DNA of 64,000 nucleotides, from positions 1 through 64,000 of IMG/VR virus record IMGVR_UViG_3300028833_000075. One strand, 5' to 3'. Source of the stretch: a virus (taxonomy: Duplodnaviria; Caudoviricetes). This document shows, one piece after another, positions 48,753-59,500 of this stretch (its first letter is position 1; each line of letters opens with the position of its first letter). Made by a program: the position numbers and the translations under genes. The notes below the pieces were generated by a model. That model saw nothing but the letters and a program-made list of their open reading frames with translations, made no database searches and was not told the DNA's origin.

Positions 48753-49057
48753 TCCTCTTCTTCAGACTCAGGTTCCGGTTCCGGTTCAGGCAGATCAGCA
48801 ATCGTGCCAAACCGCCTTACCTCAATCTGTATACCGTCTGAACTGCGAATGATATACGCATATCCTACCTGATTGTCACGGGTGGCGAGATAGGATTCTG
48901 CCGCTCCCAGATAGCCGTACGCCGCTCTGCGAGTCTGCTCCAGATCATTGTTGTGTGTACGGCTGTCAACAATCTTCGGATATCCCTCCGGATCGTTGGC
49001 ATGATAACCGTCAGCATTTACATACCCCATGTGTACCTCGTAGATTTCCCGCTTCAT
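48749..49057 (-). CDS. hypothetical fibre-associated protein
   Basis: ORF with PEPEPE acidic tail between fibre genes. Confidence 0.55.
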   Translation of the reverse strand: MKREIYEVHMGYVNADGYHANDPEGYPKIVDSRTHNNDLEQTRRAAYGYLGAAESYLATRDNQVGYAYIIRSSDGIQIEVRRFGTIADLPEPEPEPESEEEE

Positions 49058-49137
49058 TTGAATCATCCACCTTTCCATTTTATAACTAATCATATTTAAC
49101 TTTTGGGATGTTTGTTAAACAGCAATTTTGCAGAATA

Positions 49138-50505
49138 TTATGCAACAAGTTCAAACAAATGCACCGATGTCCATTGCGTAGATACTTCAACAGTTATGGT
49201 ATAGCCACTATATGAAACATTAGCTCCGGTAGCCTCCTTTATCGGCGTGATACTACCGCCAGAGGTATTGGCACGCACCATATACATACCAGAGTATTCT
49301 GCGTGTCCATTCCATGATTGGATAAGCAAAATTCCACCTACGCTTCTCCCGATATTAATAACGTGCGTTTTTATGGCTTCTGAGTAATTGGCATAAACTT
49401 GTCTAATTCCCATGTTGAGTATCTTGCTGTTTAAATTGTTAAAACCCCATGCATTATTGAATGAACCAATTACATCGTTAGGATTATTGTTATCATTATA
49501 TGAGTTGACATACAACGAACCATGATTTACATCAATTGCTCTGGATAACATTCCTTGATAGTGTTCTGCTTTGAAACTTGTTGTTGCGGAACTCATAACG
49601 AAATATATTGCTTCTTGCGTATAATTCGACATATTTGCTATTTCAGCAGATAATGCAGTCGCTAAAGAAGATTCTGAAGAAAAAGTGCCAAGATTTTTAT
49701 ATGTAAATTTGCTATTTATGGTATCAAGATCATTCCCTATGTCTGCAACATCCTGTGCATTCTCGTTAATTGCCGCGACCAGACTTGTTTTTGCTGTGGT
49801 ATTCAAATCACCAAGCGTCCCAATCCGTCCGGCGAGAACATCAAACTCATTAGATGTAATCGAACTTGCCCCCGCAACGAACAGTAACCCCACCTTAACG
49901 GTGGAAGTTCCCTTAACACTGGAACAACTCAGCGTGATTGAACCGTCCGCAGGAGTGATTGTGATGTCTGCAAGGAAAGCGGAAGGATCACCCAACTCAA
50001 TCATCACGGCTTTCATGTCTGCCGTAACATCTGCAATCGTTGTGGTGTGAGTATACGCTCCGCTCGTGTTGGTTACAGTATCCAGTGTTTTCTCAATCAG
50101 CTTTGTTCCGGGTGGAACATCCCATGTGCCGTCACCCTTCAGGAAATATTTCTGCGTTCCGGCTCCCGGAGCAGGAACAAGACCGCTCGTTCCTGTTGAG
50201 GATGTGGTTGCTCCGGTGAATACATCTGGTTCAGCGATCTCTTTCCATGTACCATCCCCAAACAACACCTTGTTTTGATCGCCAGCGCTAGGAGCAGGAA
50301 CCAATCCGTGTGTGCCTACGGTAGAAGATGTTGCTCCTGACATGTCTGATGGATCGGCTACATTTTTCCAAGTGCCATCGCCAAATAAAGCTTTTCCTTG
50401 ATCCCCTGCCGCAGGAGCTGGAACGAGACCTGAAGTTCCTGCGGTTGTTGAAGTTGAACCAGTCATTTGAGAAGAGACAGGTACGTCAAAAATTGCTGTA
50501 GGCAA
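49138..50505 (-). CDS. tail-fibre protein with three GLVPAP repeats and two (L/I)NSK-bounded C-terminal modules
   Basis: GLVPAP.AG.Q...L.GDGTW x3; TAKTSLVAAINE; INSK and LNSK junctions. Confidence 0.75.
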   Translation of the reverse strand: MPTAIFDVPVSSQMTGSTSTTAGTSGLVPAPAAGDQGKALFGDGTWKNVADPSDMSGATSSTVGTHGLVPAPSAGDQNKVLFGDGTWKEIAEPDVFTGATTSSTGTSGLVPAPGAGTQKYFLKGDGTWDVPPGTKLIEKTLDTVTNTSGAYTHTTTIADVTADMKAVMIELGDPSAFLADITITPADGSITLSCSSVKGTSTVKVGLLFVAGASSITSNEFDVLAGRIGTLGDLNTTAKTSLVAAINENAQDVADIGNDLDTINSKFTYKNLGTFSSESSLATALSAEIANMSNYTQEAIYFVMSSATTSFKAEHYQGMLSRAIDVNHGSLYVNSYNDNNNPNDVIGSFNNAWGFNNLNSKILNMGIRQVYANYSEAIKTHVINIGRSVGGILLIQSWNGHAEYSGMYMVRANTSGGSITPIKEATGANVSYSGYTITVEVSTQWTSVHLFELVA

Positions 50506-50527
50506 TTACATCAGCTCCTTTCATGCG

Positions 50528-53500
50528 TTATAATGTATGAACTACTTTCTTTTTTCTTTGCAGTGTTTTAGGTAAATCTCTTACTATGGTAATTGTTTCT
50601 TCTTCGTATGTCATTTCAAAAATAATTTGATGATTATCCTCTGTGGAAAAGATCTTTCTGTCATTTGGAAAAATATTTCCATGTGTAGGAGGAGAAGAAA
50701 TGAATTCAGATCCGCTTCTTATAGAATAAGTATTGATGCTTTCCGGTTTGGTATAAGAATATGAACCATATAAACCAAAATTATCGTTGTTGCCACTCTC
50801 ATCGCATCTTGTTACCTGAAACGTTGGGATTACATTATCAAGCGCAGAATATGTTATTCCGGTTATTGTGTCTGTTCCAAGCAAATTTGCTCCGTTGTAT
50901 GTTTCTAATGACAGCGTTCCAGTTCCATATTTAGACATGTAAAAACACCATGCAACTGGAATATAAATAGATACGCTTGATACGCCTGCTGCAACTGAAA
51001 CCCATTCGGTTTCCATATCCGGACCGAAACTGAGATTATACCTGTGCGTAAAATCCATTGAAGCAATATTAATTGTTAATAAGGCAGTATCTCCACCCGT
51101 ATATGCCGTTTTATCAAGTGAGCATGTACTTTTTGTGATATGATAGTGACCAACGACGCTAACATTGCTTGCAGGCATCGTGAATTGATTGTTCGTAATT
51201 GTAACTTCAGGCGTTGTTTCGTATCCATCAAACGCATAACTCATTGATGGAGTTTGGCTTAAAGTGATTGTGTCTCCATAATTAGCGGTATCCGACGAGG
51301 CCGTAACAGTTCCGCCGACAGCAGGATCTGCGCTTGTGGTTATATTATAATCTATTTTTTCGAAAGAAGCAGTAACAGTAGTGTTGGCAGCTGGCATTGT
51401 TATTGTAGTAGATGCAGTTGATGCGCTGCCAATTGTGCCTCCCGTTGTCGTCCATCCGGTAAAACGATAGCCTGTTCCAGCGTTTGCAGTAATAGTTATC
51501 ACATCGTCATAATACCCGGATGTTGAATCAAGTGTAACACTACCGCTTCCATTAGGAGAAACCTCTCCGGTTAATGTATAGGAAACATGAGTAAAGTTAG
51601 CAGTAACCGTTGCGTTTCCTGCGCCCATTGTAAACGTTGTTGGGTTGGTTGTTGTGCTGGATAAAGTACCTGATGTATTCGTCCAGTTTGCAAATGCATA
51701 TCCGGTTGCTGGAGTCGCTGTTAATTCTTTGGTAGATGTATATTGTATTGTGTCGCCTGCCGTAACAGTACCGCCGCCTGTTGGGGAAACGGTTGTTGTT
51801 AATGTATAGTTGTTTTTTGTGAAGTTCGCAGTAACTGTTGCATTTCCGGCACCTATTGTAAACGTTGTTGGATTTGCGGTCGTGCTGGATAATGTTCCTG
51901 CGGTTTTGGACCAACTGCTAAATGAATAACCACTGCTTGCTGTTGCCGTTAATTGTTTCTGGCTGTTGTAGTTCATAGAACCGCCAGCAGTTACGGTGCC
52001 TCCTCCGGTCGGAGAAACAGCAGTAGTTAAAGTATAACTGTTGATTGTAAAATTAGCAGTAACAGTTGCATTGCCGTTTGGCATCGTATATGTCGTTGAC
52101 GCGGCATTGGCATTAGCAAGTGTACCGCCACTTGATGTTGTCCAGTTTTTAAATGTATAACCAGTTGATGCGGTTGCAGAAATACTACACTTATCGTTAT
52201 AGTATTTCGTACCTCCGCCGGAAACAGTACCTCCTCCGGAAGGGCTGACCGATAGCGTTAATGTTCTCTGAATATGTGTGAAGTTTGCTGTAACGGTCGC
52301 ATTGGCATTCGGCATCGTATAAGTAGTTGATGCAGAATTAGCGTTAGCAATCGTACCTCCACTGGAAGTAGTCCAGTTTTTAAATGAATATCCGGTCGCG
52401 GCAGTTGCTGAAATAGTAACTTTATCATTATAATACTTCGTACCGCCTCCGGAAGTTGTACCGCCTCCGGAAGGACTAACTGCCAGCGTAAGTGTTCGTT
52501 GGACGTGTGTGAAATTAGCAGTAACAGTCGCATTGCCAGCACCCATTGTAAATGTCGTGGGATTCGTTGTTGTGCTGGATAGAGTACCGGCATTTTTACT
52601 CCAACTACTAAACGCGTATCCTGTGGAAGCCGTGGCTGTTAAGCTTTTTGTTGAACCGTAGTTCATAGATCCGCCAGCGGTAACGCTTCCTCCTCCGGAA
52701 GGGGAAACTGCAGTCGTCAAAGTATAGCTATTAATTTTAGCATTAGCTGTAACTGTAACGTTTCCAGCCGGCATCGTAAAGGTGGTGCTTGCTGAATTCG
52801 CGTTTCCAAACGTGCCACCGTTATTGGATGTCCAATTCTTAAATGTGTAGCCGGTCGATGCTGTTGCTGAAATATTGTTGGAAGAACCGTAAGATTTGCT
52901 GCCTCCGCCGCTTACGCTGGAAATGCCCGTTCCTTTTGCTACAGTAAGGGTATAACTGTTTGTTCCAAAATTTGCCGTAACGGTGGCCGCGCTGGTCCCC
53001 ATCGTGAATGTGGTAGGGTTTGAGGTTGTACTTGACAGCGTACCAGCGGTTTTACTCCAACTACTAAAGTGACGTCCTGTGCTCGGGGTAGCGGTTAAAC
53101 TCTTGGTCGAATTATAGCTCATTGCTCCACCAGCGGTCACGCTGCCATAACCGCTGGGGGAAACCGTGGTTGTTAAAGTCCATGTTTGGTTTGCGGTTTG
53201 CATTGTGACCGTTGAAGCATTCTGGTGAGCAAAGCCATTGCTTATAATGGCCCCGTCTCTTGCTACTGTGAGATAGATTTGCTTTCCAGCAAGAGCCGTC
53301 CCTCCGGAGCCAATGGTAAAATCGGTTGTGTACACACGACTGGAACCGTAAATATACAACGTCGGTGACAACGCCACCCTGTTGTTGCCTGACGAATCAC
53401 AAAGGTATAATGTAAACGTTCCGGTTTTACCATTGTTTTCTTTCCAGGATGGCTTATCTTTGAATGTAATTGTACCACTCGGGTATTCACCTGTTCCTAA

Positions 53501-53563
53501 CGAGATGCCTAATGAAGCAGGCCATTGGTATACGCCAGAAATGGAACCAGTCTTTGTTCCCAT
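50528..53563 (-). CDS. 1011-aa virion protein with ~10 InlB B-repeat (Listeria-Bacteroides/Flg_new-like) domains
   Basis: tandem LT..VSP.GGG.V.GGG...L.AT...GY.F..W...TTF.M...ATVTANF units. Confidence 0.8.
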   Translation of the reverse strand: MGTKTGSISGVYQWPASLGISLGTGEYPSGTITFKDKPSWKENNGKTGTFTLYLCDSSGNNRVALSPTLYIYGSSRVYTTDFTIGSGGTALAGKQIYLTVARDGAIISNGFAHQNASTVTMQTANQTWTLTTTVSPSGYGSVTAGGAMSYNSTKSLTATPSTGRHFSSWSKTAGTLSSTTSNPTTFTMGTSAATVTANFGTNSYTLTVAKGTGISSVSGGGSKSYGSSNNISATASTGYTFKNWTSNNGGTFGNANSASTTFTMPAGNVTVTANAKINSYTLTTAVSPSGGGSVTAGGSMNYGSTKSLTATASTGYAFSSWSKNAGTLSSTTTNPTTFTMGAGNATVTANFTHVQRTLTLAVSPSGGGTTSGGGTKYYNDKVTISATAATGYSFKNWTTSSGGTIANANSASTTYTMPNANATVTANFTHIQRTLTLSVSPSGGGTVSGGGTKYYNDKCSISATASTGYTFKNWTTSSGGTLANANAASTTYTMPNGNATVTANFTINSYTLTTAVSPTGGGTVTAGGSMNYNSQKQLTATASSGYSFSSWSKTAGTLSSTTANPTTFTIGAGNATVTANFTKNNYTLTTTVSPTGGGTVTAGDTIQYTSTKELTATPATGYAFANWTNTSGTLSSTTTNPTTFTMGAGNATVTANFTHVSYTLTGEVSPNGSGSVTLDSTSGYYDDVITITANAGTGYRFTGWTTTGGTIGSASTASTTITMPAANTTVTASFEKIDYNITTSADPAVGGTVTASSDTANYGDTITLSQTPSMSYAFDGYETTPEVTITNNQFTMPASNVSVVGHYHITKSTCSLDKTAYTGGDTALLTINIASMDFTHRYNLSFGPDMETEWVSVAAGVSSVSIYIPVAWCFYMSKYGTGTLSLETYNGANLLGTDTITGITYSALDNVIPTFQVTRCDESGNNDNFGLYGSYSYTKPESINTYSIRSGSEFISSPPTHGNIFPNDRKIFSTEDNHQIIFEMTYEEETITIVRDLPKTLQRKKKVVHTL

Positions 53564-53574
53564 AACACCACCTC

Positions 53575-54912
53575 TTATAATTCAATTACTGCCATAGGAA
53601 CAGCGGCTGAATTTGTTACTGTTAATGTTGTGCTCTGTGCTGATACAGTTATATTGGATCCTTTATGTATGATTGCGTATCTTCCGTTGGAAGCGATAAT
53701 AAGACATCCATCGGCAGAATCCATTATTCCACCTGAAGAACCTGGAGTTGACGCGCTACTCCAAATTAAATATGTTTTGCCGTTTGCTGAAAACGGAACG
53801 GAAACAGTTGTGGTTGTGTTCCAATAACTATGGTAAAAACTGTCCAATGCATCCTCGGCAAAATCACTCGCAGGGATACCAGACGCAGGCTTTGTATACT
53901 TTGATGAAATATTTGTTTTAAGTTGGTTTAGAACGCCTTCTCGAGGATGTGGCATCAAATTATTCATCCCAAGTGTATCACCGTAGGAGATGCTGGTTGT
54001 AGCAACATAATACGCTTCTCGCCAATACACATACGAACCTGCGTTTATATTGTTTCTTGCGGTATCTCCGTCTTCTACGTAAAGCATACCGGAAACATTA
54101 AGTTTGCCTGAAACATCCGGAGCCTGCGTAATATAATCCGAATGCTGATGGCCGGAATCAATTAAATTCCCGTTAGCGTCAATAGCCGCAAAATGTCCGT
54201 TTATCGCGCCTGCAACTTTATCTGCTTTTGCTTCGTTAAGCAAGTCAAATTCAGCAGAGGTCATCGTTCCAGTATTCCCGGCCGACTTAATTGTCGAAAT
54301 AGAAATACTGGATGTACCGACTACAGATTGACAGGAAACTGTAATATAGCCAGTGTTGCATGTTACATAGATTCTGTCGTGAAACACCGACGGTGTACCA
54401 AGTTCAATTCGAATTGCAACCATATCACCTGAAACATCAGGATTCTGAAATGTTCCCGTGTACGCTCCGCTTACGTTTTCAACAGTTCCAGTTGTTGTAA
54501 TAACTCTTGCGCCGGGTACAGCTTTCCACGTTCCGTCACCCATAAGAACTTTTGTATTGTCTCCTGCGGCTGGAGCCGGAGCAAGACCTGCAACTCCGGC
54601 GGATATCATTGTAGCGCCAACCAAAACATCCGTATTGGATACGCTGACATATGCAGAACCGTCCCAATGATATACTTTGTTGTCGTCGAGAGTAATATAT
54701 ATTTTACCGGCCGCCCCAGAAGAAGGAAGACTCTCGAAATCAGGAGCCTCGATGACATCTTTTATGCTTGCTGGTAATTGTGCGCTTGGAATTTTTCCTG
54801 TTGAATCTAAAGAAGCTACACCGCTTGCGGCTCCTTTTTCGGTTTTTGAAATAAAAATTGTCTTGATTTTATTTAAAAAATAGCCAAGACCTGTAAAATC
54901 AAGAAAAGCCAT
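53575..54912 (-). CDS. fibre protein
   Basis: FLDFTGLGYF N-motif; GVASLDSTGKIPSAQLP; GLAPAP..GDGTW; KADKV...GNL.DSG. Confidence 0.72.
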   Translation of the reverse strand: MAFLDFTGLGYFLNKIKTIFISKTEKGAASGVASLDSTGKIPSAQLPASIKDVIEAPDFESLPSSGAAGKIYITLDDNKVYHWDGSAYVSVSNTDVLVGATMISAGVAGLAPAPAAGDNTKVLMGDGTWKAVPGARVITTTGTVENVSGAYTGTFQNPDVSGDMVAIRIELGTPSVFHDRIYVTCNTGYITVSCQSVVGTSSISISTIKSAGNTGTMTSAEFDLLNEAKADKVAGAINGHFAAIDANGNLIDSGHQHSDYITQAPDVSGKLNVSGMLYVEDGDTARNNINAGSYVYWREAYYVATTSISYGDTLGMNNLMPHPREGVLNQLKTNISSKYTKPASGIPASDFAEDALDSFYHSYWNTTTTVSVPFSANGKTYLIWSSASTPGSSGGIMDSADGCLIIASNGRYAIIHKGSNITVSAQSTTLTVTNSAAVPMAVIEL

Positions 54913-55108
54913 CGTAACACTCCTTTCTTATTAATTCGTCGATTTGTTCGTTTGATATGATTGAAATGTTTTGTACTTTTTCTTTGTCTTCAGCCGTATA
55001 GTCATTAGAAGATAAGCCCATCCAACGGGCCTTATCAACCTTATAGCTCATAGCAGACTTAACTTTACCCCATATTTTTCCAAGATCGCGATTCGTATCG
55101 GCTTTCAC
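54899..55108 (-). CDS. small fibre-associated protein
   Basis: KVDK...GLSSNDYT.E.K.K; ISNEQID C-motif. Confidence 0.6.
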   Translation of the reverse strand: MKADTNRDLGKIWGKVKSAMSYKVDKARWMGLSSNDYTAEDKEKVQNISIISNEQIDELIRKECYDGFS

Positions 55109-55132
55109 TTTTGCATAGCCCGCATAACGACG

Positions 55133-55390
55133 TTAGAAATTCATAGAGTTATATTGATTGATAATATCTTGGATTTGTTCGCTTGTTATGCCACGGGTTT
55201 GCTGAAGATATTGAAGAATTTGATTAGGATCGTTTTGCATATAAGCAGGAATGTCCGGGAAAGACTGCCGCACAAAAGCGGCCGGGTTACGCATTGCCTG
55301 CATAACCCGACTCACTTTTTGTATGGGATTCATCGGTTGATCCGGCCTGCTAGCCGGATTGCTCATATATTGAGTATATAATGGGTTCAC
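55133..55390 (-). CDS. Gln/Met/Pro-rich small protein (six-gene module)
   Basis: MNPLY...MNPIQ...DPNQILQYL...ITSEQ. Confidence 0.65.
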   Translation of the reverse strand: MNPLYTQYMSNPASRPDQPMNPIQKVSRVMQAMRNPAAFVRQSFPDIPAYMQNDPNQILQYLQQTRGITSEQIQDIINQYNSMNF

Positions 55391-55806
55391 TTGCTGGCAC
55401 CTCTATTCTGAAGTCCACGAGACAGATTCGCGATCTGTTCCTTTATTTCTGCAAATTCTCTTTTAAGTTCTTCGATGTCTTCTTTTGATGCTTCGCCCTT
55501 CATTTCACCGGAAATATTTGCAGGAAACAGGACAGGATTTGCACGTTCTTTAATGGTATACTCAAGTTCCTGAATGGGGTTGGGAGCTCCCATTTGATTC
55601 CAGCTCTTCAAGTAAATTTTCTTTTCGCTATTATCCCATAAAACAATAGGCGTTTCAGACGGCCACCCCTGAGGCATTTGAAATGCCTGAGCGCCAACTT
55701 TACCGTCAACCCATTCCATTGATTTTACGTTTTGAGAATAAGATTGATTTGGCTGGTACATTCCATTCATGTTGTTATAAGGATTATAATAATTATAATA
55801 CGCCAT
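55387..55806 (-). CDS. Tyr/Asn-rich N-terminus protein with C-terminal coiled coil (six-gene module)
   Basis: YYNPY...WVDGKVGAQAF...LWD...IYLKS. Confidence 0.65.
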   Translation of the reverse strand: MAYYNYYNPYNNMNGMYQPNQSYSQNVKSMEWVDGKVGAQAFQMPQGWPSETPIVLWDNSEKKIYLKSWNQMGAPNPIQELEYTIKERANPVLFPANISGEMKGEASKEDIEELKREFAEIKEQIANLSRGLQNRGASK

Positions 55807-55819
55807 ATATAACACCTCT

Positions 55820-56206
55820 TTAATTGGTTATTCTCCAGAAAAACGAACAGACTTCGGAACCGGAATCCCAAGAGTCGTAGTAATTTCCAGAAATAACTGC
55901 GACTGCATGGGATCCCGTCCCGATAATATAGATGCCAATAGGAAACTCTTCCGCAAATTGTTGAATTGTAATACACTTAGGACAAACAGAAGGAAGAATA
56001 AAAGGCTCAAACCCTTTAAGGTAAAGATAATGGCCCCACACAGCGTCTGCAGATGGCATATTAAAGTCACTTCTGGCGACGGCATAAAGCTCATCAAACG
56101 TTTGAACCCAAGGTTGATTTAACGCAATAGATATTGCACGGACTACACAATCCGGCACTTCTTTGTTTAATGGATTTGGATTTGCTTTAATCCACATATA
56201 ACCCAT
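55820..56206 (-). CDS. papain-like cysteine peptidase-type protein (six-gene module)
   Basis: NPNP...DCVVRAI...SHAVAV...YYDSWDS, a Cys-His-Asp arrangement. Confidence 0.6.
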   Translation of the reverse strand: MGYMWIKANPNPLNKEVPDCVVRAISIALNQPWVQTFDELYAVARSDFNMPSADAVWGHYLYLKGFEPFILPSVCPKCITIQQFAEEFPIGIYIIGTGSHAVAVISGNYYDSWDSGSEVCSFFWRITN

Positions 56207-56212
56207 CTCCGA

Positions 56213-56572
56213 TCATTCGGTCGGTTCAAAATTTACAAAGTCTTCAAGCGCTTCAATCTGTTTGAAGTTAATACCTTTAACAAGAGGAAGCACGGGAACA
56301 TCAAATGGTTCTACCTCAACATCCAGATTGTTAATTTCTTCAAGCTCATTTTGATAGTGAATAAAGTCTTCGCCTTTAATAATACCGTTTTCATCTGTTA
56401 CGTTTGCATATTTGTTGTTGAGCATTGAGACTCTTTCATTATAAAAATCAACATTTGATCTGATTGCTTTGCGTACTTTATATATTTGCCAGTGCATATT
56501 CTCATCGATATCTGGATTAGAGACTAACTCTTCGGTAGTACGGTACGCATTAATAATTTTTATCTGTTTCAT
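56213..56572 (-). CDS. small helical protein after the tail protein (chaperone-like)
   Basis: MKQIKIINAY..., AAGGAG RBS. Confidence 0.55.
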   Translation of the reverse strand: MKQIKIINAYRTTEELVSNPDIDENMHWQIYKVRKAIRSNVDFYNERVSMLNNKYANVTDENGIIKGEDFIHYQNELEEINNLDVEVEPFDVPVLPLVKGINFKQIEALEDFVNFEPTE

Positions 56573-56591
56573 AACAATAATCTCCTTATAG

Positions 56592-59500
56592 TTAAGTATA
56601 ATAAGTATGTAAACTTTGAGCTGAACTTCTATAGTACCAATATCTGTTACCTGCAGATACATATCGGCCGCTGCTGTCTGTATAATAAAGAGCAATTTGA
56701 TTGCCGTTGTTATAACGTGTAAGTCCGGATGCACAGTTAGTATGCGATTCTAACGTTAGCGTTCCGGTGTTGCCGTTGCTTAGTGTCGCTGTGATAGTAT
56801 CGCCGCTTCTTGCTATTGAAGATACAGTTACGTCAGCTACGGCAGGCGGGCCGCTAAACACAATTGTTCTTGTTGAGTTAACTAACGTGGATCCGTCGTA
56901 TCCGCGCACAGGAACAGTAAGACGATAAGTTTCGTCGTAATCTATACTGTATGCATTTGTTTTCAAACTTACTCGGCCGGATGCATCTCCGTATCCGTCG
57001 TTATAACCTTCTGTATGGCCTGCGTTGTATGTTGCAGCTGTTGAGATAGATCCTTTAACAAAAGTGTTTGAAGAAAGCGTAACGGTTTTACTTGAAACGT
57101 TTTCTTTTAATGTCATTTCAGTAGTGTTGATCAGGTTTTCCGAAGAAGGAGAATCGTGATATATATTCGCATATATAGTTTTGCTTGGGTTCGGAGTTCC
57201 TACAATATCTTGATATATTGATGTTGTTGGAATCGTACCTTTAATCGTTCCGGTGATTGCGGATATAGAATAGGTCGTGCCGTCCCATGCTCCGCTTAAT
57301 GAAACGGCCGAATCAAAAGACACGCCCCTCGTTCCGCCGCCTGAAGTTGTTAAATTAATCGTTACTTTACCTGTTACAGAATCGACTTTAATAGATTTTA
57401 CGGTTTGGAACTTCAGTTTACCCATAGCAACAGTCACATCAAAGTCTTCAGGATCATCAGACGAAAACCACTTATTCATATCGACAACCTGATAATTCGG
57501 TGACACTGCTGTTCCGATGTTTACGCGAAGCTGGGATATTGTAACAACACCGTCTTTCGTAACGGAAAATGGCGCGCTGTTAGGAGCATTAGCGCCGCAC
57601 CAGAAAGCATACATTGTATCGACTGGAGTCGTAGTTCCGCTCTTTGGATAAAGTGTAGTGCTGCTGTCCAGTGCGACATATGTCGTTCCGCTGCTGGAAT
57701 CGAGTTTTCCCGTACGGATATTCCAGTCTCCAATTGTGCCTTCTTCTGCCGTGATTTTACCGGAGAACTCTCCGCTTGTTGCTTTCAGGACGCCTGTTGG
57801 TGATACAGAGAAGTTTGATCCAATTGTAATTGAACCTTTATTAATTGTTGCCGATCCGTCTGAAGCTACAATAAAATTATTGTTTACGTTAATTGTGCCG
57901 CCAGAAACATTCAGGTTGGACATTTTAACATAGCCGTCTTGACGTACATAGAATGGAGTGTTTGTCGCGTCTGGGTCTGTTGTTCCTGCCCATATAGCAA
58001 TTGCTGTATCGCTATTTGTTTTTGCCAAACCTGTTTTATTGCCTTTCAAAGTCGCAGAAGAGATGGCCCATCCGGCAATATCGCCATCTCCAGTATGAAT
58101 AGTACCGGTAATATCAACTGTTCCGTCAGCTGTGGCCTTAACGTAATTGCCTCCAACTTTACCGACAATCAATCCATCTGTGCCGTAATACGCCCCGTTG
58201 TGAGTTGTATCTGATAAGGTTGTTTTCCCGTTATAGATATATGCAACCGTGCCGTTTGAACCAATTGTAAAAGGACTGCCTGAATTACCGATCAATACAT
58301 TGCCTCCGCTAAGCAAAGTAAGTGTTTTGCCAGCTCCGATATTAATTGTATTATTGGCAAGAAGATCTACATTGCCGTTGATTGAATCAACTTTTAACGC
58401 AGCTCCGGACAGAACCGACTCGATAGGGTAGTTGTACGTCTGCCCGTTATTGATATACGTTAAATCGCCAAAAAATATTGATTGCGACTTTGCGATAACG
58501 GCAGAACTGTTTCCGGAAAACACTACTTTAAATTTCCCGCCGCCGAAATTAACGCCGTCTGATCCCATGTAAAGACCGTCTGCCGTAGAATTAATATTGT
58601 CGGCACCGTTTGATCTTAAATGGAATTCTCCGCTGGATTGGAGGTCAAGCTTACCTTGACTGGAAATATTAATATCTCCGCCAGTCATATTAAGCTCACC
58701 GCCTGAAATAACATTCACCTGAGCTTTGTCTGTTTCGTTTCCTGCTTTAATTTCAATAATGGCGTCGGTTGTTTTAACGGTTCCCGCTGGCCGCGAACCA
58801 TTAACGGTAGCGTACAGCAATAAAGCTTTATTACTGCTTATTTCAAGTTCCTGCCCAACGTTGCTGGATAGTTTGTCTGTCGTAATTGATCCCGCTTCAA
58901 TTCTGTCTGCACTCATATATCCGGTTGTAATAACATCAGCAGTTAAACCAGTCCCGGTAAGAGCAGATCTATATAGCCAGTCGCCGTCTTCTGTTTTTTG
59001 ATTGCTTATACCTAACCCTCTGCCGCCAAGAATCATTGCAGACAATCCATCTGCAGATTCAAAAATGATATTTCCGTTTGGATCGGTATAATAATTAGAC
59101 GCTCCGCCTTTTAATACTGTCTGGTTAAGCTGAATTGTTCCTTCCAGTTTGTCACTTGGAATCGATCCGGAATTCAGCATTGCGGCCCTGTCGTAAATGT
59201 TCTGTTTTCCTTTGATGTCTTTTGCAACCTCTGCGATTCTCGTCAGAACGTCTGTAAATTCATGCTGCCCGACTAACGAAAGCTTGGTGTTAATATCGAG
59301 AGTTGTCCTCCATTCCTGATCGTAACACTTGTTTATTCGGTCGATGTAAGCCCAGACGCTTTCTTTCAGTTCGGGATCAACTAAATGGGCCGCGTCTGTA
59401 ATCTTGATGTCTGGCCACTCCACGTCGTTGTTTTCGTAATAATGAATGTCGTGATTAGAACCGTACAAGTCAAGGAAATCGAACGTATAAGTAATTTCAG

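Noticed and set aside
49115-49204. second silent tip cassette read from the + strand site at 49115
   Set aside because: The frame is only ~29 codons and mostly antisense to the expressed tip, so only the site itself is reported.
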